Position numbers and translations under genes: made by a program. The notes under the pieces are model-generated. The model saw nothing but the letters and a program-made list of their open reading frames with translations, made no database searches and was not told where the DNA came from. From NCBI RefSeq assembly GCF_003018255.1, contig NZ_CP027440.1: a DNA stretch of 64,000 nt, one strand, 5' to 3'. Below, piece after piece: positions 24,919-35,546 of this stretch (its first letter is position 1; every line of letters begins with the position of its first letter). The DNA comes from Escherichia coli. Its GTDB lineage: Bacteria > Pseudomonadota > Gammaproteobacteria > Enterobacterales > Enterobacteriaceae.

Positions 24919-25350
24919 TTAACGGGTGCGCGGGCACACTTCGCCTTCGCCGAAGAAATAAGCGATTTCGCGAGCGGCAGATTCGACGGAATCAGAACCG
25001 TGGGTACCATTTTCGGTCAGGCTGTCAGCGTAATCAGCACGCAGAGTACCGGCCAGTGCGTTTGCCGGATTGGTCGCGCCCAGCAGATCGCGGTGACGCT
25101 GAACAGCATTTTCACCTTCCAGCACGGAAACAACGATCGGGCCAGAAGTCATGAATTCAACCAGACCATCAAAGAACGGTTTTCCATCGTGTTCAGCATA
25201 AAAGCCACGAGCCTGTTCAACGGTCAGGTGCAGCATTTTGGTGCCGACAATTTTGAACCCTGCAGCTTCAAAGCGCGCAAAGATACTACCAATCACGTTT
25301 TTTGCTACCGCGTTCGGTTTGATGATGGAAAAAGTACGTTCAATAGCCAT
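24919..25350 (-). CDS. ndk: Nucleoside diphosphate kinase (143 aa)
   Basis: [36 protein letters not shown]. Confidence 0.95.
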
Positions 25351-25498
25351 TTTTACCTCTGTAAATTGTTCTGTTGTTGTCTGTACCAGCGTACGAGATG
25401 GCGCGGATTATAATGAGCAACAGGGCCGTTGACTATTGATGAAGGTAACATTTTTTTAAAATAAACCCAGTTTAAGCAACAATCAGGGACAAAACAGA

Positions 25499-27811
25499 CT
25501 ATTGCATGACAAATTTCACTGTCGCTATTTGCCCCACGTCATCCATCACCAGCAATTGATAATCGCCTTTATCCGTCAAATGCAGGGTCACGTTGCGCCC
25601 ACGTTCAGTTAACGGTTCGCCATTCAGAAACCACCAGCGTTCACCTGCCCCTCCACTTGATTGCAACGGCAAAGTCGCTTCCGCTGCGCCCGGTAAACGT
25701 TTAATAATCGCGCCATCGCGCACACCTGTTAGCTGCAGCGGGAGTTGTGCATCGTGACCGTATGGCGGGCAAATTGTCGAGGCCGGTGGCAAGCGCACAG
25801 CGCGACGTTCTGATGCGGGCAGCCAGGGTTCCAGCGGTAGCGGCCAGACATTTATCATTTCTTGTCGCGCCTGAGGGCAATCAGCGGCAACACGTTTGCC
25901 GTTTTCATCCAGCCAGATGGGGAAACGAATGCCATTAATGCCTTCCTGCTCCGGCAGTAATAGAGTTGGCGGCTGGCTCCCGTCCAGCAGCCAGGTTGCC
26001 AGGCGGCGGCGACAGTTACCGTCACCTTCCGGCAAAGACTGTCCGCCCGGCCAGCAGATAACGCCACGACTTACAGAGTCAGGACGTGGGTCTTCCGGCA
26101 AATTCACACTGCGCGACAGTAAGATATTATTAACCTGATTCAACAGCGGTACGGCACTGGCAAAGCCAAACTGACCAACAACGGGCGTGCCGTCCGGTCT
26201 GCCAGTCCAGATCCCAATGACATAGCGAGCGTTAACCCCAATCGCCCAGGCATCACGATAGCCATAGCTGGTGCCCGTTTTCCATGCCAGTGGGGCGACG
26301 CGCGGCAAGGCACCATCCGGCAAGGGTTGCGCTTCATCAGCCATAATCCGGCGAATGATCCACGCAGCCCCCGACGACATTAAAGGCCGTTCAAGCAGCG
26401 GATCGTCAGGCTGTAAGCGCAATTTGCCTGCCTTGCCGTGGCGAGCAAACGCGGTATACGCTGCCGCCATATCTTCCAGTTTTGCGCCAGCGCCGCCGAG
26501 AATGAGCGAAAGATTCGGTGCAGCACCGTTGGGCAAATACAACGGCAATCCAACATTGCGTAACTTTGCCGCAAACCGTTTCGGTCCATAGGATTCCAGC
26601 ACCTGCACAGCAGGTAAGTTCAGCGATCGCACCAGCGCCTCACTCATGCTGATCGGGCCATGAAAACCGCTGTCAAAGTTGCCAGGTCGGTAATCACCGG
26701 TGCGTCGGGGGACGTCTTGCAACAGCGATGCCGGGTGGATCAAGCCTTCATCCAGCGCCAGACCATAAACAAACGGTTTGAGCACCGATCCTGGCGATCG
26801 GATCGCATTGACCATATCAACATGACCAAAGCGTGAATCATCGTTGAGATCAACTGATCCCACCCAGCCGCGAACACGCATATCGGTATGATCAACCACG
26901 ATCATCGCCAGTGAGCTGCGCGGTGGCAATCGTCCTTTCCAGTTTTGCGCCAGTTCTTCCAGACGTCGTTGAAGACCGGCATCCAGCGTAGTAACGATTT
27001 TGTCGCTTTTGCTTTTACCGAGCATCATGCGCGAAAACAGCGGTGCCAGTTGCGGCATTTGTCGGGGTGCCAGCCAGATGGGTTCTTCCCTTGACTCTTT
27101 TACCCGCTCACGGGACCACACACCTTGCACGGCCATCCGTTCGAGCACTTTATTACGCGCGGCTTCGGCACGCTCCGGCCAACGATCCGGGCGAAGACGG
27201 CTGGGCGCTTGCGGCAACACCGCCAGCATTGCCGCCTCGGAATAGCTTAAATTCGCGGGCGATTTCCCGAGGTAAGCCCAACTTGCCGCACCAATCCCCT
27301 GCAACGTACCGCCAAACGGGGCACGGTTAAGATACAAGGTCAGAATTTCACGCTTAGACAGATGCCATTCCAGTTGCAACGCGCGCCAGAGCTGGCGAAT
27401 TTTGCCGCCAAACGTTTTGGGATGAGGATCAAGCAGGCGCGCCACCTGCATGGTGAGCGTGCTGCCGCCGGAAATGACCCGACCCGACGTGAGATCTTGC
27501 CAGGCTGCACGCGCCACCGAGAACGGATTCACCCCCGGATGCATCCAGAACCAGCGATCTTCATAATTGATCAGCGCTTCAAGGTAACGTGGAGAAACAT
27601 CTTCGATTGTTACCGGATAACGCCAGATACCGTCAGCATCGGCGAAACGCCAGAGTGGCGTACCATCCTGCGCCACCACCACGCGTGCAGGATTCACTTC
27701 TTGCAATGGCAGAGGCCAGAGTTTATCTGCTGCCCATGCTGCCAGAATGATGATAAAAGGCGCGGCTGCCAGCATTATCCAGCAGCCGCGTTTGGTTAAC
27801 AGGCGAGGCAT
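25499..27811 (-). CDS. pbpC: Penicillin-binding protein 1C (770 aa)
   Basis: Track ORF; glycosyltransferase plus transpeptidase; start abuts yfhM stop. Confidence 0.93.
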   Translation of the reverse strand: MPRLLTKRGCWIMLAAAPFIIILAAWAADKLWPLPLQEVNPARVVVAQDGTPLWRFADADGIWRYPVTIEDVSPRYLEALINYEDRWFWMHPGVNPFSVARAAWQDLTSGRVISGGSTLTMQVARLLDPHPKTFGGKIRQLWRALQLEWHLSKREILTLYLNRAPFGGTLQGIGAASWAYLGKSPANLSYSEAAMLAVLPQAPSRLRPDRWPERAEAARNKVLERMAVQGVWSRERVKESREEPIWLAPRQMPQLAPLFSRMMLGKSKSDKIVTTLDAGLQRRLEELAQNWKGRLPPRSSLAMIVVDHTDMRVRGWVGSVDLNDDSRFGHVDMVNAIRSPGSVLKPFVYGLALDEGLIHPASLLQDVPRRTGDYRPGNFDSGFHGPISMSEALVRSLNLPAVQVLESYGPKRFAAKLRNVGLPLYLPNGAAPNLSLILGGAGAKLEDMAAAYTAFARHGKAGKLRLQPDDPLLERPLMSSGAAWIIRRIMADEAQPLPDGALPRVAPLAWKTGTSYGYRDAWAIGVNARYVIGIWTGRPDGTPVVGQFGFASAVPLLNQVNNILLSRSVNLPEDPRPDSVSRGVICWPGGQSLPEGDGNCRRRLATWLLDGSQPPTLLLPEQEGINGIRFPIWLDENGKRVAADCPQARQEMINVWPLPLEPWLPASERRAVRLPPASTICPPYGHDAQLPLQLTGVRDGAIIKRLPGAAEATLPLQSSGGAGERWWFLNGEPLTERGRNVTLHLTDKGDYQLLVMDDVGQIATVKFVMQ

Positions 27812-30800
27812 TTACGGTCTGACTATCAACAGATCGTCAGCCGCACCAGTCGCCCGCCATTGAGGAACATACATTGATTCCACCATAGGCTGCGGCACCT
27901 GATACGTTCCCGGCGTCACCGCCCGCGCCAGATACACCAGCGTTACCGGTTGATATTCATCAACGGCAACCGCCGCCACAAAGCGATCGTCACGGAACTC
28001 TATGTGCTTAATGCTCGCCTGCTGCATCTGGTTCAGCAAGTTCTGCACTTCACCACCACTTTGCTCCAGGCTGGCGCTGCCGTTCGCCAGATTCTGGTTT
28101 TCCAGTTCCAGCCCCGCAGGCAACAGATCCACGACTAACGCATCCGGTACACTGTTACTGGCTTTAACCTGCAACCACACCAGCACCAGATCGCCGCTAC
28201 GTAACGAGTCCAGCGATTTGCTCTTACCGTCAGTACCCAGAATATGACGCTCAATTTGCAGCACATTGCTCGCCGGTAAAGGTGCGGATTGCGGATAACC
28301 GCTGGCATCCACACGCAGCCATAACGGCTGATCGCCACTGTTGGTCACCTGCAAGGTGGCAAGTTGATCGCTATTCAGATTGCTGGTTTGCGCTTTCTCG
28401 CCTGTCAACGGCTCAGCAGAGAAAGTGGTTTGCGCCTGCCATTTGCCCGGTAAATCCTGAAGAGTACGGGCAGCCAGGAACAACGCGTTACTTTCCTGCG
28501 TCGATAGCCAGCGTTCACCGAACGCCTGCTGCGAAAGTGTGTTTAACAGGGAGTACTGCTCATCGGGTAGCAGTTTGTTCTCTTCCAGCAATGAGAGCAT
28601 CAACGCGCTGTCTCGCAGTGGACTACCGTAATCACCCAGCCATATCCGCTCATCACTATTACGCGGCGTTTTCAGCGCCAGCGCAATCGCTTCTTCACCA
28701 CGCGTCGCATCACCCATGATTTTCAGCGCAACGCCAAGTTGCAGCAGCGGTAAACCAGAAGCGGCATCTGCACGATGCTCCCAGATTTCACGCAGCGCAC
28801 CCAGTGGTGCTTTTTGCTGACGGGCCAACACCAGCGCAGCGTAAGACTGTACGGCGAATTTACTGGCTTTGAGATTATCAGCGTACGGGATCGACATCAT
28901 GCCCGGATCTTGTAAATAGCGCAGCAGACGCTCATTACCCCGGTTAATGGCGTCTGTCGGTACGCTGTAACCCTGTTCGCCTGCGCGGACCAGGAAATCC
29001 ATCACGTAAGCCGTCAGCCAGTACTCTTCGTCACCGTTTTTATCCCACAGCGTAAAGCCGCCGTTATCACGTTGCATTTGCAGCAAACGGGAAATGCCGA
29101 TATCGACCGATGCACGGCGTTTCTCATCACTGTCGCCTTTGATGCCCAACGCCTGCAGTTGGGCTGCATTGGTATAAAGTGACGGGAACAGGCCGCTGGT
29201 GGTTTGCTCGAGACAGCCGTACGGATACGCTTTTAACTCTTTGATATAACGTGCGATGTTCAGCGGTGGTTTGCCGCTCAACAACAATTGCCCTTCCAGC
29301 GTAACAGGCGAGAAGTTTTGCAATCCATCAGCCGGGAGCGCCCAGGTTTCACCAGGCTGTAACGCCGTACCGTAATTGACCGTTTGTGCCGGGAATGCCG
29401 GACGGACGCCGATTTTCCACTGCTTATGCTGATCGGCAACGGTTTCCCCGGGTAACGCTAACCCGCTAATGGTGGCCTGAATGTCTCCATCGCCATAACC
29501 CGGCAATGCACGCACCGGGATAAACAGCGTAGTACGCACCCCTGGCGCTAATTCAACAGGTGCGGGGGAATTACTCACCAGTTCAAGCAAGCCACTGGCG
29601 GTCAGAGCAACATTAAGTTTTTGCGGTTTATCGGTAAGATTAGTGATATCCAGCGTCAGGCGCGAGGTATCGCCACTCGCCATAAAGCGTGGCATGTTCA
29701 GTTCAGCAATCACCGGTGCAGCAACAATCACTTTGCTTTCGTTGCTTCCGAAGTCATCTGCCGTCCAGGCTTGCGCCATGACGCGCAATTCACCGTTAAA
29801 ATCGCCAATTGGCAGTGTAACCGAGCCTTCGCCCTGTTCGTTGAGCGTTACCGGCAGCGCCTGCTGCGCGACAATATTGACGTGATTGACCGGCGGTTTA
29901 CCACCACGTTTCAGCTCATCACCATCACCACCAAAACGCAGAGCTGCCAGACGCCCCTGACCTTCAATGACCTGACCGTAAATATCGTAAATGTCTGCGC
30001 CATAGCGTTTCTGACCAAAGAACGCCTGCCACGGATCTGGCGTGACGTAATCAGTAATATTCAGCACACCGCTATCAACGGCAGACACCAGCACATTCAC
30101 CTGTTTTGGCATCTCACCATTTTTATTGCTGGCTTTAATTTTCACGGTTAATGGCTGATTGGGGCGCATTTTGGTAGGGGTTTCCAGCGCCAGATCGAGG
30201 CGACGGTTTTCATCACCAAGCGGCAGATGCAACACCCCAACCGCGCGTTTTGGCGTCGCGGAGCGAGATTTATCGCCAGGACGTACCACCAGCGTACTTA
30301 AATACAGATCATGACGATTCCAGGTTTTATCGACCGGAATCGTCAGATCCAGCCCTTGAGCCGGAACATCAATCTCTTGCCACCACAGCGGCCCTTCACT
30401 GGACTCGACCATCGCATAACCTTTACCCGCCGTTGGCGCGGCAATATGCAACTTAATGGTATCGCCAGGGCGATAGCTGGCTTTATCCAGTTTCAGCGTG
30501 ACACGGTCGGGTCGCACTGCACCACCCCCGTCGCTGTTATCCTGCCAGCTATAACCAGCCCAGAAACGCACACTACTGACCGCTTCATTCGGCGCTTTAA
30601 CTTCCAGACGATAAGCGCCCCACTCTACCGGGAAACTGACCTTACCGGTTTCGTCCGCTTTCAGATCCAGAGTTTGTTCATTTTCGATCAGATCTTTTTG
30701 ATCAAACTGTGACTGCCAGCCTTCATATTCCGACCAGTTCCAGTAGTAATCGCGGCGTTCGCGAATCAGGCGCACCTGCAAGCCCGACACGGCTTTTTTC

Positions 30801-32773
30801 ACGCCTTGCGCATCGCTATAAACGATGTCAAAAGCGGCGTTACTGCCTTCATCAACAATGGGCTGTTTCACCGTGCTGTCGGTGCGATAATCGTAAACCG
30901 ATTTCGAGGCGAACTGCGGACGGATCCCCGGCAATGCATCGGCAGGCCAGATAGCCTGCTCAGCACGGCGCGTCACCGGGCGACCGCCCGATTCCAGCAA
31001 ACTACCCTGGAAAATAACCTGTAATGGGGAATGCGTTTCCTTCCACTGGCTTTCTGTAGAAACTTCGCCGCGCCCTTTATCATCCAGCGTCAACTGAACT
31101 TCATCCAGCGTGCGGGAAAGATTTTCGGCAGCTATATCGCCGAATTCAAAACCAGGTAAGGCTGATACAGCTTCACGCAGTGGGCGCAGGAAAAGTTGCC
31201 CTTGCAAAGTATTACCATTAGCAGGTGCGCCATACAGGTAGTACCCCACCACGGAGAATTTCACTTCATCTTTCGGCGTTAGCGGGGTTTTCTCACCGGT
31301 CAGATTCAGCGCCATACGCTCTGGCATAAAATCTTCGACGTGGAAATCCCACATCCGATACTGGTTATCGCCCGTGTTAGCGCGAATATGCCACATACCG
31401 GTTGCCGCATTGCTATCGAGTGGCCAGGTAAAGTGGTAGAGGCCATTCTCCGGCTGACTAACGACGCTCCTGAGTACCTGCCCGTCGGGTTTAATCACGT
31501 CCAGCTTGACAGGTTGATCGGGCAACGCTTTACCGTCTGCATCACGCAGCAAACCATTGAGGATGACCGTTTCACCCGGGCGATAAAGATCGCGCGGGCC
31601 AAACATGAAAAACTGTTTGCTATAGCCCGGCGCGCCAGCAATGTTAAATTCCGCTAAGTCCAGCGCCGGGAGTTTTAAATCGAGCAGCGTTGTCTGACCG
31701 TTTTTACGCGCCAGCAGTAATGCCGCGTTTTTATCATTTTCCAGCTGCACATGCCCTTGAGCGTCACTGCTTGCCTGAGTCAGAGTCTGCCCTTTCTCAT
31801 TTAATAAAGAGACTTCAATTCCTTGCTGGGCCGCGCCGTTTTCCAGACTTTGGGTAAAGATATCCAGACGATTGTGATAACGGTGAGCTGAAACGCCAAT
31901 ATCACTTAACGTAAACAGCGTCGCGGGATTACTGTAATCGTAACGTCCAGCCTGATTCATCACAGCCAGATACACGCCCGCCTGCTGAAGCGGTTTGATA
32001 TCGCCCAGCGGCAGCAATAATTTTTCACGGGTGTTACGCGCAGGATTGAGATCAAACCGTCCGGTGTAGACCAGATCCGCCATCTGCAGCAGTTTATCTG
32101 ACTGCCAGTTCGCCAGCGAATTGCGGTATTCCCACTGGCTAATGAAAGCGGGCAGTGATTCTGGTTTCACACGGAAGAAGTTAACATCGACATTGTTAAC
32201 GTTAAGCGCCATTACCGGCAGCCCTTCAACGACCTTACCAGGAAGCAACGAACCACGACTGGCAAAACCGACGCTGGGTTGGATATCGCGGGTAGTTATA
32301 GTTTTTTCGTCATCTTTACTAAAGGTTGCGTTATTGAGCGCTTTGACCTCCTTGCCAATAGTGACGATCAAATCACGTTTCGGTTCGAGGTGGCGTAAAC
32401 GCAGCTCTTTAAGATTATCTGACAGCTCCCAGGCACCATCCACTTTGCCGCTTTTTTTATCGACGACATGAATAACGCGTGAGAAATCCTGATCCGGGTC
32501 GAGAGGGATGGAGAACGTCAGCACCAGCGTGGCTGCGCCATCGAGTTGAACTTCAGAGAGATCCAGCAATGTCAGCGCCTTACCGGCACTCTGTTGGGCC
32601 AGTTTTTGTCGCTCCGGCGCGGAAAGTTTTGCTGAACTCACGTTTTCTGAAGAGGCCGCTTTAGTAACTTCAGAAGGCGCATCTTTTTTCACCGCTGTTG
32701 GCGCGTTATCGTTGTTGTCGCACCCTGCCAGCGCCAGCATTAGCATGCAGGCGGCTACGCGTAACTTTTTCAT
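27812..32773 (-). CDS. yfhM: Alpha-2-macroglobulin family lipoprotein YfhM (1653 aa)
   Basis: MKKLRVAACMLMLALAGCDNN lipobox; very large ORF followed directly by pbpC. Confidence 0.93.
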   Translation of the reverse strand: MKKLRVAACMLMLALAGCDNNDNAPTAVKKDAPSEVTKAASSENVSSAKLSAPERQKLAQQSAGKALTLLDLSEVQLDGAATLVLTFSIPLDPDQDFSRVIHVVDKKSGKVDGAWELSDNLKELRLRHLEPKRDLIVTIGKEVKALNNATFSKDDEKTITTRDIQPSVGFASRGSLLPGKVVEGLPVMALNVNNVDVNFFRVKPESLPAFISQWEYRNSLANWQSDKLLQMADLVYTGRFDLNPARNTREKLLLPLGDIKPLQQAGVYLAVMNQAGRYDYSNPATLFTLSDIGVSAHRYHNRLDIFTQSLENGAAQQGIEVSLLNEKGQTLTQASSDAQGHVQLENDKNAALLLARKNGQTTLLDLKLPALDLAEFNIAGAPGYSKQFFMFGPRDLYRPGETVILNGLLRDADGKALPDQPVKLDVIKPDGQVLRSVVSQPENGLYHFTWPLDSNAATGMWHIRANTGDNQYRMWDFHVEDFMPERMALNLTGEKTPLTPKDEVKFSVVGYYLYGAPANGNTLQGQLFLRPLREAVSALPGFEFGDIAAENLSRTLDEVQLTLDDKGRGEVSTESQWKETHSPLQVIFQGSLLESGGRPVTRRAEQAIWPADALPGIRPQFASKSVYDYRTDSTVKQPIVDEGSNAAFDIVYSDAQGVKKAVSGLQVRLIRERRDYYWNWSEYEGWQSQFDQKDLIENEQTLDLKADETGKVSFPVEWGAYRLEVKAPNEAVSSVRFWAGYSWQDNSDGGGAVRPDRVTLKLDKASYRPGDTIKLHIAAPTAGKGYAMVESSEGPLWWQEIDVPAQGLDLTIPVDKTWNRHDLYLSTLVVRPGDKSRSATPKRAVGVLHLPLGDENRRLDLALETPTKMRPNQPLTVKIKASNKNGEMPKQVNVLVSAVDSGVLNITDYVTPDPWQAFFGQKRYGADIYDIYGQVIEGQGRLAALRFGGDGDELKRGGKPPVNHVNIVAQQALPVTLNEQGEGSVTLPIGDFNGELRVMAQAWTADDFGSNESKVIVAAPVIAELNMPRFMASGDTSRLTLDITNLTDKPQKLNVALTASGLLELVSNSPAPVELAPGVRTTLFIPVRALPGYGDGDIQATISGLALPGETVADQHKQWKIGVRPAFPAQTVNYGTALQPGETWALPADGLQNFSPVTLEGQLLLSGKPPLNIARYIKELKAYPYGCLEQTTSGLFPSLYTNAAQLQALGIKGDSDEKRRASVDIGISRLLQMQRDNGGFTLWDKNGDEEYWLTAYVMDFLVRAGEQGYSVPTDAINRGNERLLRYLQDPGMMSIPYADNLKASKFAVQSYAALVLARQQKAPLGALREIWEHRADAASGLPLLQLGVALKIMGDATRGEEAIALALKTPRNSDERIWLGDYGSPLRDSALMLSLLEENKLLPDEQYSLLNTLSQQAFGERWLSTQESNALFLAARTLQDLPGKWQAQTTFSAEPLTGEKAQTSNLNSDQLATLQVTNSGDQPLWLRVDASGYPQSAPLPASNVLQIERHILGTDGKSKSLDSLRSGDLVLVWLQVKASNSVPDALVVDLLPAGLELENQNLANGSASLEQSGGEVQNLLNQMQQASIKHIEFRDDRFVAAVAVDEYQPVTLVYLARAVTPGTYQVPQPMVESMYVPQWRATGAADDLLIVRP

Positions 32774-32979
32774 TTTTCATCCCTGCCACAATGGCCCGTT
32801 AGCAACGTCGAATAATTATTATGCGTGAGAATTTACGTTATGTAATTCAGTATCACGCCCATACAATCCGAATTTTAGTGAGAATTGTGGCTCAGACAGC
32901 CAAATCAGCCTCTTTTGCTTGTCGCTTTTCACTAAACATCCGACAATTTAGCCTAACCCCGGCAAAAATGGAGATGCCT

Positions 32980-33825
32980 ATGTCCACGACATGGTTTGTA
33001 GGAGCCGACTGGCTCGCCGAACATATTGATGACCCGGAAATTCAGATTATCGATGCCCGCATGGCGTCGCCTGGACAGGAAGATCGTAACGTTGCTCAGG
33101 AGTATCTGAATGGACATATTCCCGGCGCAGTGTTTTTTGATATCGAAGCGCTTTCTGATCACACTTCTCCGCTTCCGCACATGCTGCCGCGCCCGGAAAC
33201 GTTCGCCGTGGCGATGTGTGAATTAGGCGTTAACCAGGATAAGCACCTGATTGTCTATGACGAAGGTAATCTTTTCTCAGCCCCACGAGCATGGTGGATG
33301 CTGCGCACCTTTGGTGTAGAGAAAGTGTCGATTCTGGGTGGTGGACTTGCAGGCTGGCAGCGTGATGATCTGCTATTAGAAGAAGGCGCAGTAGAGCTGC
33401 CGGAAGGAGAGTTTAACGCCGCGTTTAATCCTGAAGCCGTGGTGAAAGTAACCGATGTGTTATTGGCAAGCCATGAAAATACGGCGCAAATTATCGATGC
33501 CCGCCCGGCTGCACGTTTTAACGCAGAAGTTGATGAACCTCGCCCAGGTTTACGTCGCGGACATATTCCCGGTGCACTAAATGTTCCGTGGACGGAACTG
33601 GTGCGCGAAGGTGAACTAAAAACGACCGATGAACTGGATGCGATATTTTTTGGTCGCGGCGTAAGTTATGACAAACCTATTATCGTCAGCTGCGGCTCTG
33701 GTGTAACGGCAGCCGTGGTTTTGTTGGCACTCGCGACACTTGATGTGCCAAACGTGAAACTGTACGACGGCGCATGGAGTGAATGGGGCGCACGAGCAGA
33801 TTTACCAGTTGAGCCAGAGAAATAA
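32980..33825 (+). CDS. sseA: 3-mercaptopyruvate sulfurtransferase (281 aa)
   Basis: Track ORF 32821..33825; conserved start MSTTWFVGADWLAEHIDDPEIQIIDAR at codon 54 (ATG 32980); two rhodanese domains with CGSGVTA active site. Confidence 0.92.
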   Translation: MSTTWFVGADWLAEHIDDPEIQIIDARMASPGQEDRNVAQEYLNGHIPGAVFFDIEALSDHTSPLPHMLPRPETFAVAMCELGVNQDKHLIVYDEGNLFSAPRAWWMLRTFGVEKVSILGGGLAGWQRDDLLLEEGAVELPEGEFNAAFNPEAVVKVTDVLLASHENTAQIIDARPAARFNAEVDEPRPGLRRGHIPGALNVPWTELVREGELKTTDELDAIFFGRGVSYDKPIIVSCGSGVTAAVVLLALATLDVPNVKLYDGAWSEWGARADLPVEPEK

Positions 33826-33841
33826 GCTTTTAACAGGCAAT

Positions 33842-33870
33842 AAAAAACCGCCGAATCTGGCGGTTTTTTA
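33842..33870 (+). terminator. Rho-independent terminator of sseA
   Basis: aaccgcc gaatct ggcggtt followed by tttttta. Confidence 0.75.
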
Positions 33871-34030
33871 TTGCTGGTCTGGTTCGCGGCCTTTCCAGCA
33901 GATTGGCTTGTGTTGCATGAGCAACGCAGGTGCTTCACAGCAAAGCAATACTCGCCAGTAACTCTCTTTTTGTCAAGCGAAAGAGAGTAATCATTGTTTA
34001 TTTAGCGTATTATCGACACCGGCCCTTTCC
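33869..34030 (+). ncRNA. Truncated ryfA-like paralog (5' portion only)
   Basis: ttgctggtctggttcgcggcctttccagcagatt...ctcgccagtaactctctttttgtcaag...cctttccgccgt aligns with 34193-34360 at roughly 80-85% identity, then diverges into AT-rich sequence. Confidence 0.45.
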
Positions 34031-34192
34031 GCCGTGTTCGGTAATAAAATAACCTAGCTTATTAGTCCGAATTCAGACAAATATAAACAAATCCTGCTCA
34101 AAATTAAAAATACTAACCGGTAAAAGATATTACTTAAACATGTAAATTCACTTTCCTTTAAAAAACAAAAAACCGCCAAAATCAGGCGGTTA

Positions 34193-34617
34193 TTTGTTGC
34201 TGGTTTGGTTCGCGGCCTTTCCAGCAGATTGTATTACCGTAGTAATGCAAGCGCGTCTCAGCGGACACAATACTCGCCAGTAACTCTCTTTTTGTCAAGT
34301 AAAAGAGAGTTATTATTGTTCTGTTAGTGTATTATCCACTGCGGACCTTTCCGCCGTCTCGCAAGCGGGCGCTGGCTTAAGGAAAGGATGTTCCGCGACC
34401 GTTAGAGCAAGCGCGTCTCAGCGCTTGCTATCGCGGCAATATCGCCAGTGGTGCTGTCGTGATGCGGTCTTCGCATGGACCGCACAATGAAGATACGGTG
34501 CTTTTGTATCGTACTTATTGTTTCTGGTGCGCTGTTAAGCGAGGTAAATAATAACCGGAGTCTCTCCGGCAACAATTTACTGGCGGTTAACAACCTTCAG
34601 AGCAGCAAGTAAGCCCG
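34193..34617 (+). ncRNA. ryfA: ryfA-like RNA locus (full-length copy); possible small-protein mRNA (type I toxin-like)
   Basis: Position between sseA and sseB where ryfA lies in K-12; conserved 5' hairpin aactctcttttt..aaaagagagtt; internal 17-nt direct repeat gcaagcgcgtctcagcg; ends at a strong terminator. Confidence 0.5.
34487..34612 (+). CDS. Candidate 41-aa small hydrophobic protein inside the ryfA-like RNA
   Basis: ATG 34487; MKIRCFCIVLIVSGALLSEVNNNRSLSGNNLLAVNNLQSSK; hydrophobic N-terminal segment; stop 6 bp before the terminator hairpin; weak Shine-Dalgarno, so hypothetical. Confidence 0.35.
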   Translation: MKIRCFCIVLIVSGALLSEVNNNRSLSGNNLLAVNNLQSSK

Positions 34618-34643
34618 AATGCCGCCCTTTGGGGCGGCATATT
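34618..34643. terminator. Bidirectional terminator shared by the ryfA-like transcript and convergent sseB
   Basis: aatgccgccc ttt ggggcggcat followed by atttt; sseB stop codon immediately adjacent. Confidence 0.7.
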
Positions 34644-35420
34644 TTAGATTATCCGGTTCTGTTTAAAGTCACGCAAAAAACCACCCCAGCGACGTTCATA
34701 GAATGGCGCAATATGTTCGGTAATAAAGTGGCTAATTCCTTTTTCCCCTTTTTTCACCTGACAAATATCGATGGGTTCATCGCCAGGTAATGTATCGGTC
34801 GCTACACTTCCCGCCGCCTGAATAATTTCTTCGATATCACCATCGGCTTCAATGCCAATAAGTAAATTAGGCTGTGCCTCTTCGTTCTCTTTAATTGAAC
34901 AAATAAAAGCACGCTTCACCGGCTTAATAGTTTTAAATAAGGTGGTGAGTGAATCAATCATTTGTGCTGGTGGCTCTGCGACTTCCGATAATATCAGCGA
35001 TTCACCGCCTTCCAGTACTTCCTGGCTGCTCAGCGGATTTCCTTCTTCACCAATCAGCAAACTGATTTCACGCGGCATAAATTCTTTACCGGTTGGCAGT
35101 TTGGCATTAAGGAAGAGCGTTTCGCCAAGGGTCATCTCAAACAATGTGCGAACGGGCATTACGACAAATGCCTGTTCGTCTTCAACCGCCTGTTGAAGTG
35201 CTTCTAACGAGGTAAAAAAAGGAATGACGCTGGTGCCGTCTTCTTTTTCCCAGTGCTGTAAATCAAGCGCGCTATCTTCAACCACAGCCTCGCCCTGCGC
35301 CGCCGTACCCGGCACCCAGACGGTGGATTCCAGTAGAGTACGGAAAAAGGCCGGGCGGTGCGCCGGTTCGGTTGCTGCTTTTTCCAGCAGGTCTTCAAGT
35401 TCGTTTTTTGTTTCGGACAT
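34644..35420 (-). CDS. sseB: Enhanced serine sensitivity protein SseB (258 aa)
   Basis: Track ORF 34644..35429; likely start MSETKNELEDLLEKAATEP at codon 4. Confidence 0.88.
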   Translation of the reverse strand: MSETKNELEDLLEKAATEPAHRPAFFRTLLESTVWVPGTAAQGEAVVEDSALDLQHWEKEDGTSVIPFFTSLEALQQAVEDEQAFVVMPVRTLFEMTLGETLFLNAKLPTGKEFMPREISLLIGEEGNPLSSQEVLEGGESLILSEVAEPPAQMIDSLTTLFKTIKPVKRAFICSIKENEEAQPNLLIGIEADGDIEEIIQAAGSVATDTLPGDEPIDICQVKKGEKGISHFITEHIAPFYERRWGGFLRDFKQNRII

Positions 35421-35446
35421 AAGAACCACAATTCATTCAACGTTCG

Positions 35447-35546
35447 GGGCACAAGTGCCTGATGCGCTACGCTTATCAGGCCTACAAGGGAATCTCAATC
35501 TATTGGATTTTCGCAATTTTGTAGGCCAAATAAGACGTTTACGCCG
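35447..35546. repeat. REP/BIME-like extragenic palindromes between sseB and pepB (second unit overlaps pepB stop)
   Basis: gcctgatgcgctacgcttatcaggcctac and degenerate gtaggccaaataagacgtttacgcc. Confidence 0.55.

Noticed and set aside
33779..33961. 60-aa plus-strand ORF spanning the sseA terminator
   Set aside because: Reads through the sseA stop region and terminator hairpin into the ryfA-like repeat; not a plausible gene.
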